This document shows, in pieces, positions 38,768 through 47,300 of a stretch of 64,000 nt of DNA. The first letter of the stretch is position 1; each line of letters starts with the position of its first letter. The stretch lies in the IMG/VR virus record IMGVR_UViG_3300032242_001280. One strand, 5' to 3'. The translations under genes and the position numbers were made by a program. Source of the stretch: a virus. The notes beneath the pieces are model-generated. The model searched no databases. It had not been told where the DNA came from and saw only the letters and a program-made list of their open reading frames with translations.

Positions 38768-39610
38768 TCACCACTTACGGCAAGACCAGTATCTCGCCTT
38801 AGTGCGTGGACCTGGATTCTCACAATGATGTCTAGCACGGAAACTCTTACGACGCTTTGGATTACTCTTCTTAATACGCATATTAGGATCACCAAAGTTG
38901 ACTTTCTTTACATTGCCGCTCTTTGGGTCTTTAACAAATACTTTAAACTTCTTTACATCACCACGCATTGGTTTGCCAAGTGCAACCTTACGACCATGAT
39001 ATTCTGCCTCATAAAGGTCATCCATAAAGAAACGAACTTCTTGATCGCCCTTGTATAGAACAACATCATCGTCTTCTTCTTCAACATCCCACCCCATATT
39101 ATCAAGCATCTTTGCGGCTTGGGCATGTTTCCCTTCATCGCCATTCCACCACATTTTTACCAATCGTTTTAAGGTTTGTTCATTGTTTTTTAGTGAAACT
39201 ACTTCACCTTCTTCAATGCTTTCACCATAATCTTTCTTATCGGTGTTTTCACGATAGCCTTTGGAATATGCTTCTACTTCACTTGGGTCAGTTAATTTTT
39301 CATGACTGTGACCACCATGATTGTTTGGAACAAGCTTGTGTGGATTGTGTCTGCGACCATAGTAAGAATCTGCACGACCGCGATCATATGGTGAACCATG
39401 CTTATCTTCTATATCATCTAAATTTTCAAGCATATTCATAAGTTTTTCATCGGCCATGAGGATAATGCCATCGCCATCATCGGTCATTTCCATGATATGC
39501 GTTTCTACTTCAATTGCATTGCCAAATTCTAAAAACACACCATCACCAATAGTTGGTCTGTTTTCTTGTATTGCTGTAAGTTTTTCAATTATATAACGCA
39601 TATCACTCAT
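38768..39610 (-). CDS. Modular putative internal-head polyprotein with basic C-terminal domain
   Basis: Modules GSPYDRGRADSYY..., and KKVNFGDPNM..NPKRRKSFRARHHC..ARYWSCRKW, separated by ESIEE and LYE linkers. Confidence 0.65.
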   Translation of the reverse strand: MSDMRYIIEKLTAIQENRPTIGDGVFLEFGNAIEVETHIMEMTDDGDGIILMADEKLMNMLENLDDIEDKHGSPYDRGRADSYYGRRHNPHKLVPNNHGGHSHEKLTDPSEVEAYSKGYRENTDKKDYGESIEEGEVVSLKNNEQTLKRLVKMWWNGDEGKHAQAAKMLDNMGWDVEEEDDDVVLYKGDQEVRFFMDDLYEAEYHGRKVALGKPMRGDVKKFKVFVKDPKSGNVKKVNFGDPNMRIKKSNPKRRKSFRARHHCENPGPRTKARYWSCRKW

Positions 39611-39632
39611 TTTATAAATCCTAACATATTAT

Positions 39633-40115
39633 TTATTTTGCTTTAGTGCTTACACGGATTGGAGCTTTTCCGTTGCCACCGCTGTCTTTGCCGCCACGCC
39701 CTGATGCATTTTGTGCTTTGCGTTTACGGGTAACTGCGCTCTTTTTTTCCGATGCACTCATACTACGGGCTTTTGCTGCTGGTACGCATTTGGCATAGCC
39801 ACTTTTACTGCCACTTGTTCCGCATGGCGGATGTTTGCCACCTACTTTCTTACCAATATTAACCCACTTGTCTTTAAACCACTTATGAAGATTGCTGCTT
39901 GCTTCTGGTAGAATTAAATTACCGCAGTTCATACAATAATCAACTTGTTCCAATAAAGTACTTTCACTTATTGGATCACAACTGATTTCTGTGCTCTCGC
40001 TGCGTTTCTTTTTATTCTTGACGCAGTTTGGATATTTCTTTCCAAACATAGTCTTCATGCCTTCTTTATGGTAACCTTTCCAGCATGCTTCGCCAAGAAT
40101 TTCTTCCGCTTTCAT
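39633..40115 (-). CDS. Modular basic polyprotein (MKAEEILGE leader)
   Basis: CWKGY..G.K...PNCV module plus LHKWFKDKWVNI..PCG..KCVP module, joined by Glu linkers. Confidence 0.65.
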   Translation of the reverse strand: MKAEEILGEACWKGYHKEGMKTMFGKKYPNCVKNKKKRSESTEISCDPISESTLLEQVDYCMNCGNLILPEASSNLHKWFKDKWVNIGKKVGGKHPPCGTSGSKSGYAKCVPAAKARSMSASEKKSAVTRKRKAQNASGRGGKDSGGNGKAPIRVSTKAK

Positions 40116-40954
40116 TTGGATTTATTTCCCCAGTTTGCAGCACCCTTCTTACGGCAAGTAACTAGCGCACCACTGGCATAAGCACTAGGCCATACTTTAT
40201 AACGACTTTTTACTTTATAATAACAAGCATCTTGTTTTTCATCAACACGCGATTCTGGTAGTATAAGTCCACCACAGTGTGGGCAGCTTTCATTCATATC
40301 ATCATGCGCAGCACTGCCAACGATTTCATTATAATTGTCCATGCAAAGATAATCATGGTTCTTGCTCAGCGCAATCATCTTTTCGGCAACATCGTGCAAA
40401 TCTAGATCAGTCTTTGCATCTTCACGAGCATATTCCATCATACGAAGTAGTAGCGGAATGTCTAGTGATACTGTATCTGTCTTATCTGCTTCCATTACAC
40501 TTTCATCATGCTTTGGCTTCTTGCCACGCTTTTTCATATTAATAGCAATGGCTGCTTGTTGTGCTGCGCTACTTGCTTCACCAATACTTTTCTGCGTACC
40601 ATCAATGTCAAATGTATTCTTTATTTTCTCAAGTGTTTTTAATAAAATTTCGCGATTTGGTTCTGCTGGATTCATTCCAAATTCAGCACGAGCAACATCA
40701 ACTAATTTCAAATATTGTTCAGGCTCAGCTCCGCCCATCATTCCACGAGAATTTTTTGAAATAACTCGCATGATAGCTTGGTTGCGTTTGTTTGGTGGGA
40801 GTTTATCTGCAGTAAAAACTTCGTCGATTGCTGCTGATATTGTATTGGCATTGCGAACTAGTTGTTGCGCAATATGCGGATTTCTTAAAAGATTAGTGTT
40901 CTTTTGTATATCAAGTTTATTAGATGATTCTGCAATAATATCTTTTATTCTCAT
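40112..40954 (-). CDS. Modular polyprotein (MRIKDIIAE leader)
   Basis: Modules AAQQAAIAINMKKRGKKPK, DIPLLLRMMEYAREDAKTD and DACYYKVKSRYKVWPSAYASG, each preceded by x-x-E. Confidence 0.65.
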   Translation of the reverse strand: MRIKDIIAESSNKLDIQKNTNLLRNPHIAQQLVRNANTISAAIDEVFTADKLPPNKRNQAIMRVISKNSRGMMGGAEPEQYLKLVDVARAEFGMNPAEPNREILLKTLEKIKNTFDIDGTQKSIGEASSAAQQAAIAINMKKRGKKPKHDESVMEADKTDTVSLDIPLLLRMMEYAREDAKTDLDLHDVAEKMIALSKNHDYLCMDNYNEIVGSAAHDDMNESCPHCGGLILPESRVDEKQDACYYKVKSRYKVWPSAYASGALVTCRKKGAANWGNKSK

Positions 40955-41550
40955 TATACTCTCGCAGGTTCTCTTGCTGGCTGCGCGGGTGCAGTTGCAG
41001 CAGTAGCAGGTTTTACTTGTGGTTTCTGTGTGATAGTTTGGTTGTAAGCTGGTTTCAAAGGTTGCTTTTGTTGCTGCGCTGGTTGCTCTGGCGGTAACGC
41101 ATTTTTTGATTTAAGATAGTTATACAGTTTATTGCCACCGTACAGTAACGCAATAACACCAGCAACTGGCAACGCATATGAAACTGCTAGTTTAGCAAGA
41201 CCAGTTATTGCTGCGTTTGGCAAATTATCGCCAATAATCATAGAAAGATCACTTGCAGCTTTTGCAGAATCTGCCCATGGAGTTATTTGGTTTGCAAGAA
41301 TTTTTCCTGTTGCAGCAGGATCAGATACCAAATTAAAAGTAAGATTGGCAAGATTCCATGCACCTTTTGGATGAGTAGTGGCTGCTGCCAATGTAACAGC
41401 TTTTATTGGATTTGTCACAACCCAAAAAACGCCCTTAGCGCCTTTTTGCAATCCCCATGCAAGTGCTTGTAATATTTTATCACCAGATGCTTTCATATCT
41501 GCTTCGGATAATAATTCATAATCTTCTAAAATTATTTCGTTGATTTTCAT
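40954..41550 (-). CDS. Putative internal/membrane-active protein (MKINEIILE leader)
   Basis: Start at ATG 41550; hydrophobic YALPVAGVIALLYGG; Pro/Gln/Ala-rich tail. Confidence 0.6.
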   Translation of the reverse strand: MKINEIILEDYELLSEADMKASGDKILQALAWGLQKGAKGVFWVVTNPIKAVTLAAATTHPKGAWNLANLTFNLVSDPAATGKILANQITPWADSAKAASDLSMIIGDNLPNAAITGLAKLAVSYALPVAGVIALLYGGNKLYNYLKSKNALPPEQPAQQQKQPLKPAYNQTITQKPQVKPATAATAPAQPAREPARV

Positions 41551-41551
41551 A

Positions 41552-42475
41552 TTAAACTCCGCCACCTACCATTTTCTTGCCAGGAGTTCCCTTGTCGGTA
41601 CCTTTCCAATAGCCAGTAAATTTTGGACCGCTGCTTCCTTTTTCAGCAGCAGTCATAGTGCCTTCTAGTTTTTTTTTCTTGCGTTTTTTCTGATTGTAAG
41701 TGCCACCAAATAGCGAACCAACGCTACTGCTGCCAGCACCACCATTCATGCCACCGACGGCTATGCCACCAGCGCCACTTGCGCCAGAACTAGCACTTTC
41801 GCCTATTACATGGAATCCAGCTTGTTGTTTAGATTTAACTTGCGCAGCAGGTACAATAATTGGTTGACCTTGAACTTTTCCATTTGTGTCAACCTTTGCC
41901 ATCTTAACCATTCCTGGAGTTTGATTTGCTCCAGATACGGATGCTGGTGCTTTTTGTCCAGGAACTTGCGGTGATTGTTGCCCTTGCGGTGGTTGCAATT
42001 GGCCAGGAACTTGTGGTTCTTCGTTCATTTCTTCAGGATAGCGCATTTCATAATCCATATAATCAAATACGCTTTCAATATAATCAGCAGCACGAGTTAG
42101 TTTGCGCTGTACCCAGCCATCAAGTCCTTGGCGTTCGTCAATATTTTTTAACATTTCATGCAGCATAATAGCTAACTTTGCTGTGCGATAAAGATCAGCA
42201 CGAGCCATATGAACTTCATTGTCGCGAGGTTCTTCATTATATGGTTGCATAACATATTCTGTACTGTCGTTGCCAGCACTTTGACAATCACATTCTTCAA
42301 TACTGTTGATTGTTTCTGGCAATTTAATTAGATAACGACCATCGTATAACTTCCAAACTGAAGCATTAAAGCGTTGTGTGAGTTTATCCGCTTCATCATA
42401 ATTTACAATTACTGGACGCCCGTCCTTATATAATATCTTTCCATATACTGGACTATTGTGGACTTCATATCCCAT
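41552..42475 (-). CDS. Modular hypothetical protein
   Basis: MARADLY..GWVQRKLTRAADYIESVFDY module, Gly-rich segment, KKRKKKK, GYWKGTD..PGKKMVGG; ATAAATA at 42495-42501. Confidence 0.65.
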   Translation of the reverse strand: MGYEVHNSPVYGKILYKDGRPVIVNYDEADKLTQRFNASVWKLYDGRYLIKLPETINSIEECDCQSAGNDSTEYVMQPYNEEPRDNEVHMARADLYRTAKLAIMLHEMLKNIDERQGLDGWVQRKLTRAADYIESVFDYMDYEMRYPEEMNEEPQVPGQLQPPQGQQSPQVPGQKAPASVSGANQTPGMVKMAKVDTNGKVQGQPIIVPAAQVKSKQQAGFHVIGESASSGASGAGGIAVGGMNGGAGSSSVGSLFGGTYNQKKRKKKKLEGTMTAAEKGSSGPKFTGYWKGTDKGTPGKKMVGGGV

Positions 42476-42514
42476 AAGAATTATTCCTTTGGAGTATTTA
42501 TTCTGTCCTATAAA

Positions 42515-42838
42515 TTATGTTTGGATAATAAATTTACCGCCTTTATTGTCTATTTTAAAAAAAATAAATTCTTCTGACAAATCAATCTTTACATCATTTA
42601 TTACAATTTTTGATAATTTTATCTTTTTTGGTTTTAAATTAATTATTTTAAAATCAATTGTATTATCTGGCGCAGGAAGAAGAATATATTTTTCTGCAAG
42701 TGCTTGGTTATTATTTAAACAGGGAATTGCTCGTTCAGTCAATAGCTGACGATTGCCAATAATTCGATATACAATATCGCCATCGGCATAATCATATGTT
42801 TCTGGGTATAATACAAAAGTTATTCTATTTTCAATCAT
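42515..42838 (-). CDS. Hypothetical protein (AT-rich)
   Basis: YRII..QLLTER motif; ATGA overlap. Confidence 0.5.
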   Translation of the reverse strand: MIENRITFVLYPETYDYADGDIVYRIIGNRQLLTERAIPCLNNNQALAEKYILLPAPDNTIDFKIINLKPKKIKLSKIVINDVKIDLSEEFIFFKIDNKGGKFIIQT

Positions 42839-43134
42839 TGATTACATTTGAAAACTCTTTGTAATTCTTGTGCAAGTTTTGCACCACGAGCTTTTTCTTC
42901 CTTATCTGCACTGTTTTTCATTTTTTTAATTTTGGCAGATAATCTACGAAGATCGCTGCGAGTTACTTTGCGATTTATCTTTTTTCTAAGATAATGTATG
43001 GCTTGTCGTTTTATACTTATTGGGTGAGGATCGTAATCTGTTCTTTCTTGAAAGTCATTCCACAGCGATAATATTTTGAACCAGTTGTCATCGGTATATT
43101 TGGTATATTCGGTATTGTCATATTCGTAATACAT
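42835..43134 (-). CDS. Hypothetical basic protein
   Basis: GAGGA RBS; 99 aa. Confidence 0.55.
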   Translation of the reverse strand: MYYEYDNTEYTKYTDDNWFKILSLWNDFQERTDYDPHPISIKRQAIHYLRKKINRKVTRSDLRRLSAKIKKMKNSADKEEKARGAKLAQELQRVFKCNQ

Positions 43135-43144
43135 TTATATATCC

Positions 43145-43678
43145 TCATGCTACTTCTCCTTGTTTTGCAAATTTTTTAAGTGTTTGCGCAACACGGGAAA
43201 AATCTTTATCATCATATTTGATACCAATTCCGCCAGCCATTTGCCAAGAAGCAATGTTCTTGCCATAATCATCAACGAGAATATTGCTCATGCCATATTC
43301 ATTAGTGGCAAACTGCGCTTTGTTATGCGTAAGTTCAATGCCGCTTGGCAGCATATCACTGAAATGCATATTAATCCATGCTCGTTTGCCACTTTCGCTG
43401 CGAGGATCATTAGCTAGTGGGGTACTACAAATATAATATTTTCCATAAAATTCTTTGACAGTACGCACAAGTTCCCTTGCATGAGGAAGCAGTGGAAGGT
43501 CTACCCAAAAGGTAGGATGTTGGCGCACTAATTCTAATTTAGCTTCTGGGTTGTCAATGTCTTTGTAATGGCTCTTGCCATCCAACCTTGCCCATTCACC
43601 AAAGAAATCGGCAAGAACGCCGTCCATATCAAGATATACATTAAATTCTTGGTGGGCAACGACTTCACTGATACGCAT
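43145..43678 (-). CDS. 5'(3')-deoxyribonucleotidase, HAD superfamily (NT5C-like) with CTS-like leader
   Basis: YLDMDGVLADF, ICSTP, K.AW, ILVDDYGKNI; start MRISEVVAHQE at 43678. Confidence 0.85.
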   Translation of the reverse strand: MRISEVVAHQEFNVYLDMDGVLADFFGEWARLDGKSHYKDIDNPEAKLELVRQHPTFWVDLPLLPHARELVRTVKEFYGKYYICSTPLANDPRSESGKRAWINMHFSDMLPSGIELTHNKAQFATNEYGMSNILVDDYGKNIASWQMAGGIGIKYDDKDFSRVAQTLKKFAKQGEVA

Positions 43679-43683
43679 AATTT

Positions 43684-43792
43684 TATTTATCCTAGTTTTT
43701 GTCATGCTTAATCATAGCACAAGCTGTGGATAAGTCAAGTCCTATTTTTTCCTTGACAGATAAGCTATTTGTGCTATTATAAGGTATAAATA
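43684..43792. promoter_or_regulatory. Back-to-back divergent promoters (sigma70-type plus late-type on each strand)
   Basis: Minus strand: TTGACT..TGTGCTATGAT then ATAAATA (43684-43690). Plus strand: TTGACA..TGTGCTATTAT then TATAAATA (43785-43792). Confidence 0.75.
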
Positions 43793-43806
43793 TTACAGGA
43801 GTTCCG

Positions 43807-43989
43807 ATGCGTATCAGTGAAGTTATCCCTACAAATGAAGATTTTTCAAGCCAAATTGTAGCTGTTGATCCTGTTATTTCTCAGGAAGATACTGCTCGCA
43901 TCCTTGCTGTGCAGGAAAGCAATTTCAGCGAGCCTATGAGCGGCGATGAACTTGTTGAACATATGAAATCTGTTCTTGGAATTCAATAA
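43807..43989 (+). CDS. Putative antitoxin-like small acidic protein (MRISEVIPTNE leader)
   Basis: 60 aa, CAGGAG RBS, TAATG coupling to the downstream toxin-like gene. Confidence 0.5.
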   Translation: MRISEVIPTNEDFSSQIVAVDPVISQEDTARILAVQESNFSEPMSGDELVEHMKSVLGIQ

Positions 43990-44348
43990 TGGCTACAGTT
44001 TTTAGAACCTGTGCACTATTTGATGAGACGCTAAAATCACATGGCGCTACAGTTCTAAAAGCATTTATTGATTTTAAAAAGACTAAAGAAATCAATGCTA
44101 TGACTCCGTTTGGCAGTAAAGATCGTCCGTTTAATGGCGATGGTCCACTTGGAATGATGAAGCCACGCCTTATACATGCTGGCATGACTAAAGACATTAG
44201 TTTATTTTATTATATCTCAGGTCAAAATCCACAAGTTATTAGCTTGTATGGTTTCTTTACGCATGATGAAAGCGGCATTGGTCAACCTGCTAAACCTGCT
44301 ATTCAAAAAGCACTGGTTAAAAAGTTTGGCAATCAAGAAATGAAGTAA
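43989..44348 (+). CDS. RelE/YafQ-like ribosome-dependent mRNase homolog
   Basis: KDRPF.G.......HA.M..D.SLFY......ISLYGFFTHDE parallels YafQ DHPLQG..RDAHVEPDWILIY....GTH. Confidence 0.6.
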   Translation: MATVFRTCALFDETLKSHGATVLKAFIDFKKTKEINAMTPFGSKDRPFNGDGPLGMMKPRLIHAGMTKDISLFYYISGQNPQVISLYGFFTHDESGIGQPAKPAIQKALVKKFGNQEMK

Positions 44349-47300
44349 TTACGATAGCTGTCTTACTGTCCAACCTGTAAAACCTGAATTATTCACTAGC
44401 GGCGTGAAATGGCGTAGTGCATCTTGATAGGAATTAAATTCTAATTCTTCGGATATCTGCGTTCCATTTTGAACAAATAAAGCATATGTGCCACGACCAC
44501 CAGGATTTGCAATTCTAGGTGTGTTATTAGTTACACTAATATTGGGATCATTTGCCCAATCTGGCGTAGGTTCAGCAGCAGGTTGATTTACAATAGCCTC
44601 GCCTGGTCCCATATAGAATAGTTCTTCTTCAGCGGTGTCTGGATCAATGGCATACATCGCCATGCCCCTAATTCCACCTAATGTGCCACCCCAACGCATT
44701 GAACTGCTATAGCGTCGTTGAACACTATTAGCATACTCTTTTGCTTGTTCTGGATTGTAGAAAGTAAATGAAGTAATATTTGCTCCAGTATCTGTGTATT
44801 TTAACACATACCTTACAGAACGACCTGTAGCAGCACCAGAAGCAGTTGTACTTGATTGTGGTGGTGCCGATGGTGGTGATGGCGCACGGTCTTCGCCACG
44901 AGTGGTAATACGCATCATTTCATCACGCATATATTGTAGTGAATATTCATCTAATACACGAACAGAAAGACGATCCGCTCGCAAGCCGCTTACGCCCCAG
45001 TTTACGCCCCAGTGTTTCTCTATTACTGGTATAGCTAGTTTTTCTATTTCACTTGAATATGTTGAATACATCTCAACCTGTGGTATAAACACCATAGTTT
45101 TACTGTCTGTTTCATTTGGATTGGTAGAATAGTATTGAACAGTCACTAAACTATAACCAGGATAGCGTAGGGCTATATCGCCCAGCGGCAGTTGACGAGC
45201 GTTAGCAAACTTTATTGCCGTCTCAATCATATCATATGGTGCAGTGCCGTTGATTTTTACAACATTTTCACCGTCTTCATTTTCCAAGAAACCATCAACT
45301 GGACCAGACCCAAGTGGTGCAACAGGCTTACGACGCTCTTGAGCAGTGCGTAATTCTTTTACAAGTTGTTCTTTGTTTATTGCGCCAGCAGTATATTTGG
45401 CAAACAGTTGCATCGTGTTATCTTTTTCACTGATACCGCCGCTTACAAATTTATACAGTTTCTTTTGATATTCTTGACGAGCATCTTCGGTATCAGCGGC
45501 TGCTCCCATAACACGAACATAACGCAACATAGTCTTGCGAATTTCTTCGTATTGCTCAAAGTAATTGCCGCCAGCACTGCGGAACTCAATATAGTTTGGC
45601 TTGATGTTTACGCTTACATAACGGTCGCCACGAGGAACCAACAGTTTATTGATTTCTTTTTTAGCAATATCTTCCAATCCACTACGCATCTTATCAAGGA
45701 TAGCAGGAATATTCTTTCTGCCACTTCTGCCACGCACTTCACGCTTGGCTTGGTCAAAACTACTCTTTGTCCATCGTGAACCAGCACGACCAAATGCTTT
45801 TAACACATACTCATCACCAAGCAACATAATCACTTTAAGATGGTCAATGTTTTCCATTGTTTGGTTAGGGATACTAACACCAATATGGAAACCAGTTGTG
45901 CGATTAGTATAATAATCATTGCTCTTTGCCCAACTGAAAACATTTTCTAACGCAGCCAAACCATCTTCCAAGTTCATTGGCGGTGATACAAGTTCAATGC
46001 CACCATCGCCATCATTGTTTGGACTATCAAGCGAACTATCTGGTTCAAATATCCAAGTGGTTTCATCACGGTCTGCTCCGTGATAACCGCTGCTTGCTCG
46101 TGCCTTATAACCAGTTGTGCGTCTAAAATCATCAACGACATCGCCAATGTCTTCGGTTGGTTCTTCTCTACTGCTGCTAAATGTATAATGCGGCCAAGTT
46201 AGCGATTCACGAGTATTGCGATTTACCCAACGCATCCAATCATACATATCACCAATGTTATTGCGATAAAGGAATTGACGCCAAATACCTTCTTCGTTTT
46301 CGCTCATCCAATTTTCACGAACGCTGTCTTTGGCATCATCAAGTTCACGCTCACTTGCTTCGTCCGCAGGAGTATCGCCTAATTCTTCTTGAATTGCATC
46401 TTTCCAATCTGTGGTATTTTCATAATTATCGTCATAATATTCAGATTGATAATCACTAAATGCTTCATAGAATAATTCTAGCGCACTTTCAACCTCACGG
46501 CGGGTATTGTGATCGCCAGCAAAAAAATCCATAACATCACGCTGACGATCACGATATGAAGCCGTGCCAGGAAAATCCTCATTGGTATCCATATCCTCTT
46601 CCTCTTCCTCTTCGCCTTCTTCGCCACCAAGACCAGGAATATACATTTCAGTTTCAAAACCAACTTTCATACTCTTGGCAAATGGTGTTTGGGAAAACTT
46701 TTCAAGAGATGTAGGACTCATATTGATTTCGTTAAGGATACTTTCTTCAAGGCTTTCTTCTCTATTTGGAACTTCTGCCAATTGCCAAGGTGCTGCCAAA
46801 TTATGTTCCTCGGCATAACTTACAGCATAACGACGAGCACCAGTTACACTTGCAGCGTTAAATGTATGAACAACACGACTTTCACTATCCAAAATATTAT
46901 ATGTTGTGCCATTTGTAGCAGTGATGTTTGCTTGTGGTCTTGGGATAGCATTGCCCGCAATATCATAACCACGATCAATTTCTGCTTGTGTATATTGGCG
47001 AGGTTGTTCTGGTTGTGGGCTTGGTTGAGGAATTACTTGACCTTGCGTATCCCATAGATTATTGTTGTTTGGTGATCTTATAGCAATACTTGCTAATGGT
47101 AGACCATGTTCTTGCGCAAATCTTTGGGCTGCTTGCGTTGCTGCGTAAAAACTTTGTGCTTGTGTTGCTAATAATTCTGTGCCATCGCTACGGTTTACAA
47201 CAACATAGGTTGCTGCGCTACCACTAGGCAATTGTAGTGCCTGTGTACCTGCACCAGGTATTGGTGTATTTGTGTCATCACTTGCAAGGGTTAGAAACCA

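Noticed and set aside
43725-43733. DnaA box TTATCCACA as a replication origin
   Set aside because: Single copy inside a promoter spacer; another occurs in coding sequence near 28162, so it is compatible with chance.
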